From NCBI GenBank assembly GCA_052033375.1, contig JBPOJQ010000010.1, positions 5,941-69,940 on the forward strand: DNA of 64,000 nt. Reading direction: 5' to 3'. Below the pieces are notes generated by a model, which was given only the letters and a program-made list of their open reading frames with translations, made no database searches and had not been told where the DNA came from. A program made the position numbers and the translations under genes. Source of the DNA: Candidatus Magasanikiibacteriota bacterium (lineage in GTDB: Bacteria > Patescibacteriota > Patescibacteriia > Magasanikbacterales > UBA922). Numbering within the stretch: the first letter of the stretch is position 1; each line of letters begins with the position of its first letter. Shown here one piece after another: positions 37,936-48,151 of the stretch.

Positions 37936-40900
37936 ATGTTTGTGACACGTATTGAAATTAATGGGTTTAAATCGTTTGCTGAACACACGATTATTGAGTT
38001 TCCTAAACCTCAGTCTGACGGGCGACAGGGGATTACGGGAATTGTAGGTCCGAATGGAAGTGGAAAGAGTAATGTGGCTGATGCGATTAGATGGGTTTTG
38101 GGTGAACAAAGTATGAAAAATCTTCGCGGGAAGAAAAGCGAAGATATTATTTTTGCTGGAGGAGACGGAAAGGGTAAAATGAGTCTCGCTTCAGTCACCA
38201 TGGTGTTGGATAATTCGGACAAACGTGCAGATGTGCCCTATGATGAACTCGCGATCTCTCGTCGACTCTATCGCTCAGGAGAGAGTGAATATATGCTCAA
38301 TGGGAGTAAGGTACGGTTGATTGATTTGCAATTACTATTGGCTCGAGCACAATTTGGACAAGGCTCATATTCAGTCATTGGTCAGGGTACTATTGATCGA
38401 TTATTACTCCAGTCACCTGCTGAACGTAAAGAATTTTTTGATGAAGCAGTGGGTATTAAAGAATTTCAGATTAAACGTCATCATGCATCATTGAAACTCG
38501 CACGCACTGAAGAGAACATCGCTCAGGCTGATGCAATTATGGTCGAGATAGAACCTCGATTGAAGTCACTCAAGCGACAGGTCAATAAATTGGAACAACG
38601 TCATGAGGTGGAACAAACACTTCATGAATTACAGGAAGCCTATTATGGTTTTCAGTATCATGCATTACAGCAACAGATTGCACATGTAGAAGAAGAGTTG
38701 AAGCGTGTCGATATCTCGTATGCTGAGGAGCTTCATACACTACAGAATATTCAGACTGAGCTTGCACAATTTGCGCAGGAAAAATCTCGCAGTGATGTAT
38801 TCGAATCTTTGCAGAAAGAATTGTATGAGGTACAGCAGAAAAAAAATAGACATGAAAAAGATCGTGCGGTGTTACAAGCAAAACTTGAGGGTGAATATGG
38901 TAAAGCGGGAAAACAAAATATCGCATGGATTGAAAGCAAGCTTGGTGAGTATCGACAGGTAGAGGGTGAGCTTGCGTTGACTAAGGCTGAATATGAGAAG
39001 AAGTTATCCTCATTACGAAATCTTTTTCAAGAGCGTAATAGTGAAATTGAAGAAAAGCAACGCGCAAAAATTCAATTACAGCAAGAATTATCTCGACTTG
39101 AAAATTCAATGCGAGATATTGTGCGTGAACGAGATTCTTTTTCTCTAGAAGGACTCCGTTCGGTCAATGCTATACTTAATGAGCCACAACGAACTTTTGG
39201 TGGTAAGGTGTACGGTATTTTAGCAGAACTTGCACAGGTGGATGATCGCTATCGCAGTGCGCTTGAGGTCGCAGCAAGCACACATTTAGCATCATTGGTT
39301 GTTGAGAATGATCGTGTGGCTGAATCGTGTATTGATTTTTTGAAACGAAATCATTTGGGTTTTGCGACATTTTTACCTCTCAATACTATCAAACCCAGGT
39401 TTCTCCCGCATGATATTGAATCATTACGTGTGCGAGCGGGAGTGTGTGGGCTCGCTGCTGATTTAGTGAATCATGATTCATTATTTGATCATATTTTTTC
39501 GTATGTATTTGGTTCCACATTGATTGTAGAAACGATTGATGTTGCGCGGCAGATCGGTATTGGAAAGGTCCGTATGGTGACACGAGACGGAGATGTGATG
39601 GAGACCAGTGGTTCGATGAAAGGTGGTTTTCGACATAAACGTACGCATGGTCTTACGTTTGCAGCAAAAGCAGATCAGCTTCCGATTGTTTCTCTCGATG
39701 ATGTGACTGAGGCAACCACCACTATTCGATCACAATTGTCACAGATTGAAGGAGAGATTGAGCAGTTGCGTATTGCTGCTACAGCTCTGCATACTGAATC
39801 AGAAATTGTATCTCATTCGCTTACCGCCCTTGATGAACGTATTGTTAGTAATGCTACAGAAATTTCTCGGCTATCTAGTGAACAGAAAATTCATACCATG
39901 AGTAAGGAGGAATATAGTGATATGATGAAGAATTTTCTTGTTGATCGAGAGCAATTGGAGATTGATATACGGAATATTGATGATAAGATTGCTGCAATCC
40001 AAGAAAAAATACAGGCGTTCAATCGTGAAGAAGAAGAAAAACGGAAACGAGTATTTGCACTTCAGGATGCCATGCAAAATGCACAACAGTCCCTGAATCA
40101 GGTTGCTGATCGCAAACACGCGCTTGAAATGGAGCGTACAAAGCATACGACACATCGTGATGGATTAGATGAAGAAATATACTCTGAACTCAAACAATCA
40201 TTTTTGGCAATTGAAGAAAAAGGGATCCCTCCTCTGACGCATACTCTTGATAATGCAAAGATTGAAATTGAGAAACTCAAATATACATTGAGTCTTATTG
40301 GTGGCATTGATGAAGAAGTTTTGAAAGAGTACGAGGAGACGAATGCCCGGTATGAACAATTGAAAACACAATTGTGTGATTTGAAACAAGCATCTGAGGA
40401 TCTATATCATATGATTGATGAACTTGATACCCTCATGAAAAAGAAACATTCATCAGCGTTTAAAAAGATTAAAAAGGAATTTTCGAGATATTTTTCAATT
40501 TTGTTTGAGGGTGGTAAGGCAGAGTTGGTTGAAGTATACGGGTCTGTTGATGATGAAGAAAAAGAAGAGTCCATCCTTTCCTCAGGGGCTGCGCTCGAAG
40601 GTGTTGCGGATGATAGTGAATCGCCTGCATCAGTAGATAAGAAACGGAATGCGCTCGCAGGTATTGAAGTGTCTGCGTGTCCTCCAGGTAAAAAAATTAA
40701 AAATCTTGCCGCTTTATCTGGTGGTGAACGTACACTTACTTCGATTGCTTTGTTGTGTGCGATATTACATACGAATCCGTCTCCTTTTGTGTTACTCGAC
40801 GAGGTTGAGGCGGCGTTGGATGAGGCAAATACACTTCGATTTACCAAAATTTTACTTGAACTCGCACACCAATCACAATTTATCATTATTACCCATAATC

Positions 40901-40986
40901 GAGTGACTATGCATGCGTCAGACGTATTGTATGGGGTCACTATGGGTGCCGGGGGAGTGAGTAAATTGGTGAGTGTAAAGGTGTGA
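37936..40986 (+). CDS. smc: chromosome segregation protein SMC
   Basis: N-terminal Walker A GPNGSGKSN; long coiled-coil; hinge; C-terminal LSGGERTLTSIALL...LLDEVEAALD. Confidence 0.9.
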   Translation: MFVTRIEINGFKSFAEHTIIEFPKPQSDGRQGITGIVGPNGSGKSNVADAIRWVLGEQSMKNLRGKKSEDIIFAGGDGKGKMSLASVTMVLDNSDKRADVPYDELAISRRLYRSGESEYMLNGSKVRLIDLQLLLARAQFGQGSYSVIGQGTIDRLLLQSPAERKEFFDEAVGIKEFQIKRHHASLKLARTEENIAQADAIMVEIEPRLKSLKRQVNKLEQRHEVEQTLHELQEAYYGFQYHALQQQIAHVEEELKRVDISYAEELHTLQNIQTELAQFAQEKSRSDVFESLQKELYEVQQKKNRHEKDRAVLQAKLEGEYGKAGKQNIAWIESKLGEYRQVEGELALTKAEYEKKLSSLRNLFQERNSEIEEKQRAKIQLQQELSRLENSMRDIVRERDSFSLEGLRSVNAILNEPQRTFGGKVYGILAELAQVDDRYRSALEVAASTHLASLVVENDRVAESCIDFLKRNHLGFATFLPLNTIKPRFLPHDIESLRVRAGVCGLAADLVNHDSLFDHIFSYVFGSTLIVETIDVARQIGIGKVRMVTRDGDVMETSGSMKGGFRHKRTHGLTFAAKADQLPIVSLDDVTEATTTIRSQLSQIEGEIEQLRIAATALHTESEIVSHSLTALDERIVSNATEISRLSSEQKIHTMSKEEYSDMMKNFLVDREQLEIDIRNIDDKIAAIQEKIQAFNREEEEKRKRVFALQDAMQNAQQSLNQVADRKHALEMERTKHTTHRDGLDEEIYSELKQSFLAIEEKGIPPLTHTLDNAKIEIEKLKYTLSLIGGIDEEVLKEYEETNARYEQLKTQLCDLKQASEDLYHMIDELDTLMKKKHSSAFKKIKKEFSRYFSILFEGGKAELVEVYGSVDDEEKEESILSSGAALEGVADDSESPASVDKKRNALAGIEVSACPPGKKIKNLAALSGGERTLTSIALLCAILHTNPSPFVLLDEVEAALDEANTLRFTKILLELAHQSQFIIITHNRVTMHASDVLYGVTMGAGGVSKLVSVKV

Positions 40987-41123
40987 CCGGTGTCCCAGGT
41001 GTATCATTTGTCTGCATGTTTTTTATACTATTGACATCAGGGGTGGGTTGTGATACACTCGGTTTTGAATTAAAACCGTCCTAAACGCTCTAACTTAAGA
41101 CAGTTTTTTATCTGATTATATTT

Positions 41124-41459
41124 ATGTTGACTATTCGACTACAGAGAATTGGAAAAAATAAGCGCCCAACCTATCGGGTGATTGTTTCTGAAAAGGGGAG
41201 AGATCCTCATGCACGAAGTTTAGAAATTCTGGGTTCGTACAATCCACTTGATCCAACAAAAAAGCTCAATGTAGACACTGCTCGTATCACTCACTGGCTT
41301 TCACTTGGAGCGCAGACTTCTGACACTGTATTTAATCTTTTTTTGAAGAATGGCATTGTGACTGGAAAGAAAAAAATGTCAGTCAGTCTCACTAAAAAAA
41401 GACGTGAGAAAATTGCTGCAAAAAAAGCTGATGAGACCAAAGCTGCTCCTGCTGCTTAG
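41124..41459 (+). CDS. rpsP: 30S ribosomal protein S16
   Basis: MLTIRLQRIGKNKRPTYRVIV...SYNPL signature. Confidence 0.93.
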   Translation: MLTIRLQRIGKNKRPTYRVIVSEKGRDPHARSLEILGSYNPLDPTKKLNVDTARITHWLSLGAQTSDTVFNLFLKNGIVTGKKKMSVSLTKKRREKIAAKKADETKAAPAA

Positions 41460-41642
41460 GAGTACATTGTTTGATGGTAACACAACAAAACCGATCGCAT
41501 GATCGGTTTTGTTGTGGATAGGATTCCTATTTGCATTGACGATTTTTTTTGTTTTTGATAGAGTATTTCAGAGAACTGCCCTTCTGAATTTGAGGGGAGT
41601 CGACAGTTTTTCGATTTATTTATTTGTAATTTTATTCATGAT

Positions 41643-41993
41643 ATGGCAGAACACCAGGATCAAATATTTATTGAGTTCGTTATTAAAGCGATCGTCAATC
41701 ATCCAGATAAAGTAAAAGTAACTCGTACTGTAGATGAACGAGGAGTATTGATTACTCTTGATGTAGAACCAACAGACATTGGGTATGTTATCGGTCGACG
41801 CGGTAACACTGTTCGTGCAATTCGAACGTTATTGAAAGTTGTTGGCGCAAAGAATAATGCATTAGTAAACCTTAAAATCAACGAACCAGAAGGTGGACGA
41901 AGAAGTCCTATGCGAGATGATGCACCTCACGCGCCACACACCAGTTCATTGGGTGATGTGGATACAAGTGCAATTGATGATCTCGGTATCTAG
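41643..41993 (+). CDS. KH-domain RNA-binding protein (YlqC/UPF0109-like)
   Basis: VIGRRGNTVRAIRTLL (GxxG KH loop); conserved position downstream of rpsP. Confidence 0.8.
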   Translation: MAEHQDQIFIEFVIKAIVNHPDKVKVTRTVDERGVLITLDVEPTDIGYVIGRRGNTVRAIRTLLKVVGAKNNALVNLKINEPEGGRRSPMRDDAPHAPHTSSLGDVDTSAIDDLGI

Positions 41994-42010
41994 TTTCAAT
42001 ATATTGTATA

Positions 42011-42038
42011 TAAAACTCCTCTAAATGAGGAGTTTTAT
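42011..42038 (+). terminator. rho-independent terminator after KH-protein gene
   Basis: AAAACTCCTC-TAAAT-GAGGAGTTTT hairpin plus T-rich tail. Confidence 0.6.
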
Positions 42039-42167
42039 TATTGACTTTCTGTCTCTTTACGGGTAGTATGTAGTGTGAACAAAGCGTCTGTAGTCGATGT
42101 TTGATTACCTGCCTATTAGTAGGTAGGTGCGTCATAGTGGTTTTCATGACACTTAGTCTAGTTTTTT

Positions 42168-42241
42168 GATCGTTTAGCTCAGTTGGTTAGAGCGTCACAT
42201 TGACATTGTGAAGGTCGGTGGTTCGAATCCACTAACGATCA
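42168..42241 (+). tRNA. tRNA-Val (anticodon GAC)
   Basis: Cloverleaf: GATCGTT acceptor, GCTC D-stem, anticodon loop TTGACAT, T-arm GGTGG-TTCGAAT-CCACT; no encoded CCA. Confidence 0.85.
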
Positions 42242-42382
42242 CAAGGGTTTTTAAGAGCGTACTCCCTTATATTAATTGGGGTACTGGTCAGGGTTTTGGC
42301 TCCTCTGTAACCCTATGGGTATAGAGAATCTTGCAAAAAATCAATTTTCTGTTATACTCTTCTCACACATTTTGTGTTTCAT

Positions 42383-42459
42383 GGGCATGTAGCTCAGTTG
42401 GCTAGAGCGCGTCACTGATAATGACGAGGTCCCCGGTTCGATTCCAGGCATGCCCACCA
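42383..42459 (+). tRNA. tRNA-Ile (anticodon GAU), CCA encoded
   Basis: GGGCATG acceptor, anticodon loop CTGATAA, T-arm CCCGG-TTCGATT-CCAGG, 3' ACCA. Confidence 0.9.
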
Positions 42460-42464
42460 AAATA

Positions 42465-42491
42465 AAGATCGTTCAATTGAGCGATCTTTTT
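42465..42491 (+). terminator. hairpin terminator after tRNA-Ile
   Basis: AAAGATCG-TTCAATTGAG-CGATCTTTTT. Confidence 0.55.
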
Positions 42492-42928
42492 ATATTGAAT
42501 ATCGATTGAAATTCTCGGATTTTGTAGAACTGGGCATGTTTTTGTGTTTGAATCTTAGTGGGTCTGATTGATGTCTGTGCCAGATTGTGATTGTCGTAAG
42601 AATAATAAACGTACTGTGTAGAAATAGAGTATAGGGGCCGAATATATAAGCTGTAGCTGAATCTGCCATTCAATTGACTTCCTTGGGTTTCTTTTCTTAG
42701 CCCGAGACATGTTTGTGCGTACATCCTACTCAGTTAAGCGGGGAGGCTGTGCAATCGATGATTGAGAGCTTGTATGGGTGGGCACATTATACTAAATCTC
42801 TAGTCGCGTTAATCTAAAGGTTTTATTATATCAGCGTTTTACTCTCAGAAACACTTAACGTTTTATATTTGCAATTTTCCTTAAAAAACGCTATAGTACC
42901 CTCTACTTTAAGCATTAGCTATTCGCGT

Positions 42929-43570
42929 ATGTCTGATTTGAATAAAGATCCTCAAAATACAGATAACTTAAACGATGAGGTGTATGAGCGAGGTCTATTG
43001 AGTAAGGTCGCTTTATTTTTTCTAGAAATTATTAAAATTTCTATTCTTGCTGCTGTAACTATTATTTCAGTTCGGTATTTTTTGTTTAAGCCTTTCTATG
43101 TAAAAGGTCAATCCATGGAACCCACATTTCACGAACGTGATTATTTGATCATTGATGAGATTTCATATCGTTTCCGAGTTCCGGAACGAGGGGAGATTGT
43201 AGTTTTCAAGTCCCCAATTAATACTGATTATTATTTGAAACGTATTATCGCACTTCCTGGTGAGCGTGTTAAAGTCGAGAATAATACGGTGATTATTTAT
43301 AATGAAGAAAATCCTCGAGGATGGGTCTTGTCAGAAGTATACCTCGAAGAAGAAACTCCTGGGTCTATATCGCTTACTTTGGCTGAAGACGAATATTTTG
43401 TATTGGGGGATAATCGAGACCAGAGTTTTGATTCGCGTCGGTTTGGGGCTATTAAAAAAGATGTTATTGTGGGTCGAGTATGGTTTCGTGGGTGGCCGTT
43501 TAGTCGGTTGTCGACGTTTTCTCTTCCCGAGTATATCCCTGATTCACGAATCCCAGCGCAAAATTCGTAA
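42929..43570 (+). CDS. lepB: signal peptidase I
   Basis: N-terminal TM; catalytic Ser box GQSMEPT; VVFKSP; YLKRIIALPGE (Lys box); GDNRDQSFDSR. Confidence 0.88.
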   Translation: MSDLNKDPQNTDNLNDEVYERGLLSKVALFFLEIIKISILAAVTIISVRYFLFKPFYVKGQSMEPTFHERDYLIIDEISYRFRVPERGEIVVFKSPINTDYYLKRIIALPGERVKVENNTVIIYNEENPRGWVLSEVYLEEETPGSISLTLAEDEYFVLGDNRDQSFDSRRFGAIKKDVIVGRVWFRGWPFSRLSTFSLPEYIPDSRIPAQNS

Positions 43571-43602
43571 TGCACATTTTTGATTTTCAATGCGTAATTT
43601 AA

Positions 43603-45042
43603 TTGTATATCTCTTCCAAAAATATGAAGAAAAAAACTACCACAGTTCGTTCCAAACAAAAAACTGTTTCAAAATCACCTCGAACCGCTTCTGTAAAAAA
43701 AGTCGTTACACCTGCAAAACCAAAAACTGAAGAGAAAGAAGTCCAAAAGAACATGCCGTATGCCACACTCCGTGGTATGAAAGATGTTTTTGCTCGCGAA
43801 GGATTGGCTTTTCAGCGCGCGTATCATGCTGCCGAGGATATTGCACTTTCATACGGATTTTCATATATCGAGACACCAATTGTCGAACAAGCAAGTCTAT
43901 TTATTCGCTCAATTGGAAAAGGTACTGATGTGGTCGATAAGGAAATGTATACATTTGATGACAAAGATGGCAGTAAAGTCTGTCTTCGACCTGAAGGAAC
44001 TGCTTCGGTCGCTCGGGCATACGTGAATCATGGTATGCATACGCTCCCTCAGCCTGTAAAATCTTGGTATTGGGGACCTATGTTTCGTCATGATCGTCCA
44101 CAGGCAGGTCGATTCCGCATGTTCCATCAGTTTGGTTGCGAGACTATGGGTGAGCACTCGCCAGTTATTGATGCTGAATTAATCTCTGTTTCGTATAATT
44201 TTTTGAAAGATTTAGGGATTGATGCACAAGTGCGCGTGAACAGTATTGGTACGAAAGAAGATCGTGATAATTATTTAGTAGAACTTGTTGGGTATTTGCG
44301 TAGTAAACGAAGTTATTTGAGTGAAGAGTCAAAGAAGAGGTTACTTAAAAATCCTCTTAGAATTCTTGATTCAAAAGATGAGAGTGATCGCTCAGTAATT
44401 GAAGAGGCTCCACAGATTGTTGACTGGCTTGGCGAATCATCAAAAAAGTTTTTTATGTCAGTGCTTGAATATTTGGATGAAGCCGAAATACCATATGTAT
44501 TGACACCTACACTTGTTCGAGGATTGGACTATTACACAGATACTGTATTTGAGTTTGTTGAAGAGGGAGTTGAGGAGTCACAACAAGGGTCTCTTGGAGG
44601 TGGGGGACGTTTTAATGGACTTATCGAGTATCTCGGAGGGCCTGCTACTCCTGCAGCCGGGTTTTCTATTGGGGTGGAGCGTGTACTCGCCTCTCTTAAA
44701 CGTAAGGAAGATGAAGCACGTAAAGAAGGTGCACATGTCGAAGAGGCAAAACAGCCAACCGTATTTTTTGCCCAGCTCGGTGAACAGGCACGTAAGCGAT
44801 CGTTGTTTTTGATTGAACAGTTACGGAGATCTGGGGTTCGTGTAGTGCATAATTTGGCAAAATCATCAATTAAGGCTCAGTTGGAAATCGCCAATAAAAT
44901 CGGTGCCTCACATACCCTTATTTTGGGACAAAAAGAAGTCCAGGACGGTACCATTATTACCCGTAATATGGAGTCTGGAATTCAGGAAATTGTAGATCAG
45001 AAGAAGATCGAGGCGGTGGTCCGGAAGTTGTTATCCACTTAA
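43603..45042 (+). CDS. hisS: histidyl-tRNA synthetase with Lys-rich N-terminal extension (alternative start 43752)
   Basis: Class II motifs; HisRS-specific RPEGTASVARAY and WYWGPMFRHDRPQAGRFRMFHQFGCE; C-terminal anticodon-binding domain. Confidence 0.9.
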   Translation: MYISSKNMKKKTTTVRSKQKTVSKSPRTASVKKVVTPAKPKTEEKEVQKNMPYATLRGMKDVFAREGLAFQRAYHAAEDIALSYGFSYIETPIVEQASLFIRSIGKGTDVVDKEMYTFDDKDGSKVCLRPEGTASVARAYVNHGMHTLPQPVKSWYWGPMFRHDRPQAGRFRMFHQFGCETMGEHSPVIDAELISVSYNFLKDLGIDAQVRVNSIGTKEDRDNYLVELVGYLRSKRSYLSEESKKRLLKNPLRILDSKDESDRSVIEEAPQIVDWLGESSKKFFMSVLEYLDEAEIPYVLTPTLVRGLDYYTDTVFEFVEEGVEESQQGSLGGGGRFNGLIEYLGGPATPAAGFSIGVERVLASLKRKEDEARKEGAHVEEAKQPTVFFAQLGEQARKRSLFLIEQLRRSGVRVVHNLAKSSIKAQLEIANKIGASHTLILGQKEVQDGTIITRNMESGIQEIVDQKKIEAVVRKLLST

Positions 45043-45114
45043 TTTGACTTTTCTTTGTTTTTTGTGTATATTTAGCATATTAATTATTAATCCACCTTGA
45101 GGAGGTGAATTACT

Positions 45115-45363
45115 GTGTCAGAATTGAAACGTAAAAAAAATGAATCTTTTGAAGGATTCATGCGTCGCGTCAAACAACAGTGGCAGCGATCAGGTACTAT
45201 TCTCCAAGCTCGAAAAACTCAATATTTTGAGCCAAAGAAAAGTAAAAATGTTCAAAGAAAGGCTGCAATCAAATATGCAAAGAAACAGGCAAAAACTGAA
45301 TTTTTGCGAAAGATTGGCAAATTGCCTCAGGAAGAAATGAAAAAACGTACTCCAAAGCGTTAA
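45115..45363 (+). CDS. rpsU: 30S ribosomal protein S21 (GTG start)
   Basis: FEGFMRRVKQQWQRSG...KYAKKQAK; SD GGAGGTGA 8 nt upstream of GTG. Confidence 0.88.
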   Translation: MSELKRKKNESFEGFMRRVKQQWQRSGTILQARKTQYFEPKKSKNVQRKAAIKYAKKQAKTEFLRKIGKLPQEEMKKRTPKR

Positions 45364-45371
45364 TTTTTCTT

Positions 45372-45827
45372 ATGTCACTTATCGAACAATTGCAAAAAGC
45401 ACAATTGGTTGCACGGAAAGATCGTGATCAGAAAACACTCGACACCATTCAGATGATCCTCTCACAGATTAAAAATGAAAAAATTAATCTCATGAAGAAA
45501 GAAGATCTGACTGATGTAGAAGTGGTCCAGGTTTTGCGAAAATTTATCAAACAACTCAAAGATGCTTTGACTGATTTTGAGAAAGCCGGTAGGCAGGAAT
45601 TAGTAGAAAATGCACAACGTGAGATTGAATTGGTAAGTCACTATCTGCCACAACAATTGAATGAGTCTGAAGTTCAGTATATTGTAGATGAAGCAGTTCG
45701 TGAGATAGGTGCATTAAGTCAAAAAGATTTTGGACGTGTGATGGCTCTGGTAGTCAAAAAAATTGCAGGGCGTGCTGATGGATCGCTCGTGCAGTCACTA
45801 GTGAAGAAAAAATTACCATCAAATTAA
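45372..45827 (+). CDS. GatB/YqeY domain protein
   Basis: MSLIEQLQKAQLVARKDRD...YLPQQLNESEV...QKDFGRVMALVVKKIAG typical YqeY; conserved rpsU neighbour. Confidence 0.85.
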   Translation: MSLIEQLQKAQLVARKDRDQKTLDTIQMILSQIKNEKINLMKKEDLTDVEVVQVLRKFIKQLKDALTDFEKAGRQELVENAQREIELVSHYLPQQLNESEVQYIVDEAVREIGALSQKDFGRVMALVVKKIAGRADGSLVQSLVKKKLPSN

Positions 45828-45851
45828 TTTATTTGAGTATTCGGTTTTCCC

Positions 45852-48146
45852 ATGCTCCCGAAGACTCGACGAACAATTAATACAAAGTTAAAAGTTACCG
45901 TATGGACCTTTCGTGCGGTTGCTTTTGTTTTTTTATTTATTTTTTCTTTCCACCTGTTCGGCGATGTTTTGTACGCAGCACCTTCGAGTGTGGCAGAAGA
46001 CCAATTTGGTATTGAGGGTGTTGGTGAAAATATTAGCATTCCGTCAGATCCGAATTCTGATATTAGAGTAATTATTGTTCGGATTATCAATGTTGTGTTG
46101 ACTTTTCTTGGTATCGTGGCGGTGGGTTTTGTACTCTATGCTGGTTATCTCTGGATGACCTCTTCTGGGAACGAGGAACAAGTCGCTCAGGCTAAAAAAA
46201 TGCTTGTTAATGGAGTTATTGGTCTTACGATTATACTTTCAGCTTTTGGGGTGACGAGTTATATCCTACGGTCTCTTATTAATTCGATTAATGGTTCAAG
46301 TGGTGGTGTGACGACTGGTACGCGTCCTGCGGTCGCTACGTATACATTTTCTGGTTCTCTTGGAAGCGTGATTAAGGATCATTATCCTCGTCGTGATCAG
46401 CGTGAGGTTCCGAGAAATACTAGTATTGTGGTCACTTTTGGAGTTCCTGTTGCTCCGTCGTCACTGATTGAAAATATTAATCGAACCTGCTGGAGTGATG
46501 ATTGGTCTCAACCAACTACCATATGTAAAACTCCTTCAGGAGGAGTTGTCGATACCAATACTCCGCTTGATCAAATTGTTAATCCGTATTATGGGGACTG
46601 TGTTGATACCAATAATGATGGAACTGTTTCAGTACAATCTGAATGTGATCGACTTATTACTGATCGAGTAGTCTTTGATGAACGTTCATTATTTACTTCC
46701 GCTGTCTCTGAGGGGGGCTCTATAGGAAAATCAGCGGCTGCGCTTACTACGTATGACTTACAGAGAAATGCTTTCACTTTTGTAATTAAGCCATATGAAT
46801 ACTTGGGTTCTTCAAGCGAAGATATTGAGTACCGTGTTCGATTGACCCCAGAAATTATGCGAGCTGATAATGGACAGAGTGTGTTTGAAAATCAATTTTC
46901 AGATGGGTATGTGTGGGATTTTACTACAGGTAATACGCTCGATTTGGCGCCCCCACATGTGTTGAATGTCTATCCTGAGACCGGTTCGATTATTCCAAAA
47001 AATTCAATTATTCAGATTACATTTGACGAGCCGATTGACCCTACTACTGTTGAGAGCATAGTAAATGAGGGTTCGAATAATACATTTGTTTCGACTTTGC
47101 TTAATCAGAAAATAGGCGAGACTCTATATGCTGTGTCTGGATCATGGAGACTGACGAATGGGTATACCACGCTTGAATTTACACCAAGCGCTGATTGTGG
47201 AGTCAATAGTTGTGGGGAGAAAATGTTTTGTCTCGAAGTGGATTGTTCGGGTGCCACCTGTACTAATTCATATGAGGCTCTCCTTCGGACCGCAGAATGG
47301 ACGAGAAATAGTCAATCACCTTTTGAATCCGTACCTTTCTCTGGTATTTATGATTTAGCGTTTAATGGACTCGATAATACAGCAGATAATGAGACGAGTA
47401 ATCATCTTACTAAGCCTGATCTCAATACTGCAATTTTGATTCAACCTGCTGAAAAAAAACCTGATAATTATTGGTGGTCTTTTCAGGTTTCGAATACTAT
47501 CGATCGTTCGGCACCGTATATCGAAGAGATTATTCCAGGTGTTGATGCAGAAGATATTTCTGGTAGCATTCCTGTTTCAATACGTTTTAGCAAACGTATG
47601 ATGTCTGCGACGTTGCAGGGTGTGGATATACGCAGTGGAATTTCTCTGTTGGAGCATCCCACGAATATTTGTTCTGACGCTGCTATTGATACTGAATCTC
47701 CAAATGAATGTTCCGATGACGCACGGTTGGATAATTTATGGTTCAGAGTGGGTAGTGTAATAGTTGGTGATAAGACTCGAGCTATTTTGGACCATCGTGA
47801 ATTTGGACCCAATGGTCTGGATTTGTATTACATTCCAAGTGTTCCTAGCACCGTCAAAAGTGTGACGCAGAATTGTGTATATCCAGGAATTGGCCCATGG
47901 ACAGAGACACCAGCTCCCTCAGGAGAGGCATCTGTATGTGAAGTGACATACGATAAAAATGGATACGTGCAATCGAGTGTGGGCTGTGTCGGGGTTACTC
48001 ATAATGACGCTCTCGAAGATACTGGGTGTGTGTATACACTTGGTTCGGGGTATACTGCTGGAAGTCCAAGCGATCCTATTTTTCGAGCGAGTGACATAGA
48101 GTCTTGTGTGAATCGTCTCTATACTGAGTCTCAGAATTCATATTAA
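45852..48146 (+). CDS. secreted/membrane-anchored protein with N-terminal signal peptide + two-helix pilin-like module and Cys-containing ectodomain
   Basis: N-terminal ~140 aa ~60% identical to N-terminus of the 3433-aa protein (IRVIIVRIINVVLTFLGIVAVGFVLYAGYLWMTS..AKKMLVNGVIGLTIILSAFG). Confidence 0.55.
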   Translation: MLPKTRRTINTKLKVTVWTFRAVAFVFLFIFSFHLFGDVLYAAPSSVAEDQFGIEGVGENISIPSDPNSDIRVIIVRIINVVLTFLGIVAVGFVLYAGYLWMTSSGNEEQVAQAKKMLVNGVIGLTIILSAFGVTSYILRSLINSINGSSGGVTTGTRPAVATYTFSGSLGSVIKDHYPRRDQREVPRNTSIVVTFGVPVAPSSLIENINRTCWSDDWSQPTTICKTPSGGVVDTNTPLDQIVNPYYGDCVDTNNDGTVSVQSECDRLITDRVVFDERSLFTSAVSEGGSIGKSAAALTTYDLQRNAFTFVIKPYEYLGSSSEDIEYRVRLTPEIMRADNGQSVFENQFSDGYVWDFTTGNTLDLAPPHVLNVYPETGSIIPKNSIIQITFDEPIDPTTVESIVNEGSNNTFVSTLLNQKIGETLYAVSGSWRLTNGYTTLEFTPSADCGVNSCGEKMFCLEVDCSGATCTNSYEALLRTAEWTRNSQSPFESVPFSGIYDLAFNGLDNTADNETSNHLTKPDLNTAILIQPAEKKPDNYWWSFQVSNTIDRSAPYIEEIIPGVDAEDISGSIPVSIRFSKRMMSATLQGVDIRSGISLLEHPTNICSDAAIDTESPNECSDDARLDNLWFRVGSVIVGDKTRAILDHREFGPNGLDLYYIPSVPSTVKSVTQNCVYPGIGPWTETPAPSGEASVCEVTYDKNGYVQSSVGCVGVTHNDALEDTGCVYTLGSGYTAGSPSDPIFRASDIESCVNRLYTESQNSY

Positions 48147-48151
48147 TCCTT

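Noticed and set aside
38010-40940. Multiple antisense ORFs (including 177 aa at 40407-40940) inside smc
   Set aside because: Antisense to a well-supported SMC coding sequence; Ser-rich low-complexity products.
42473-42724. Minus-strand 83-aa ORF in the tRNA-Ile / lepB intergenic gap
   Set aside because: Overlaps the tRNA-Ile terminator, no RBS, odd composition.
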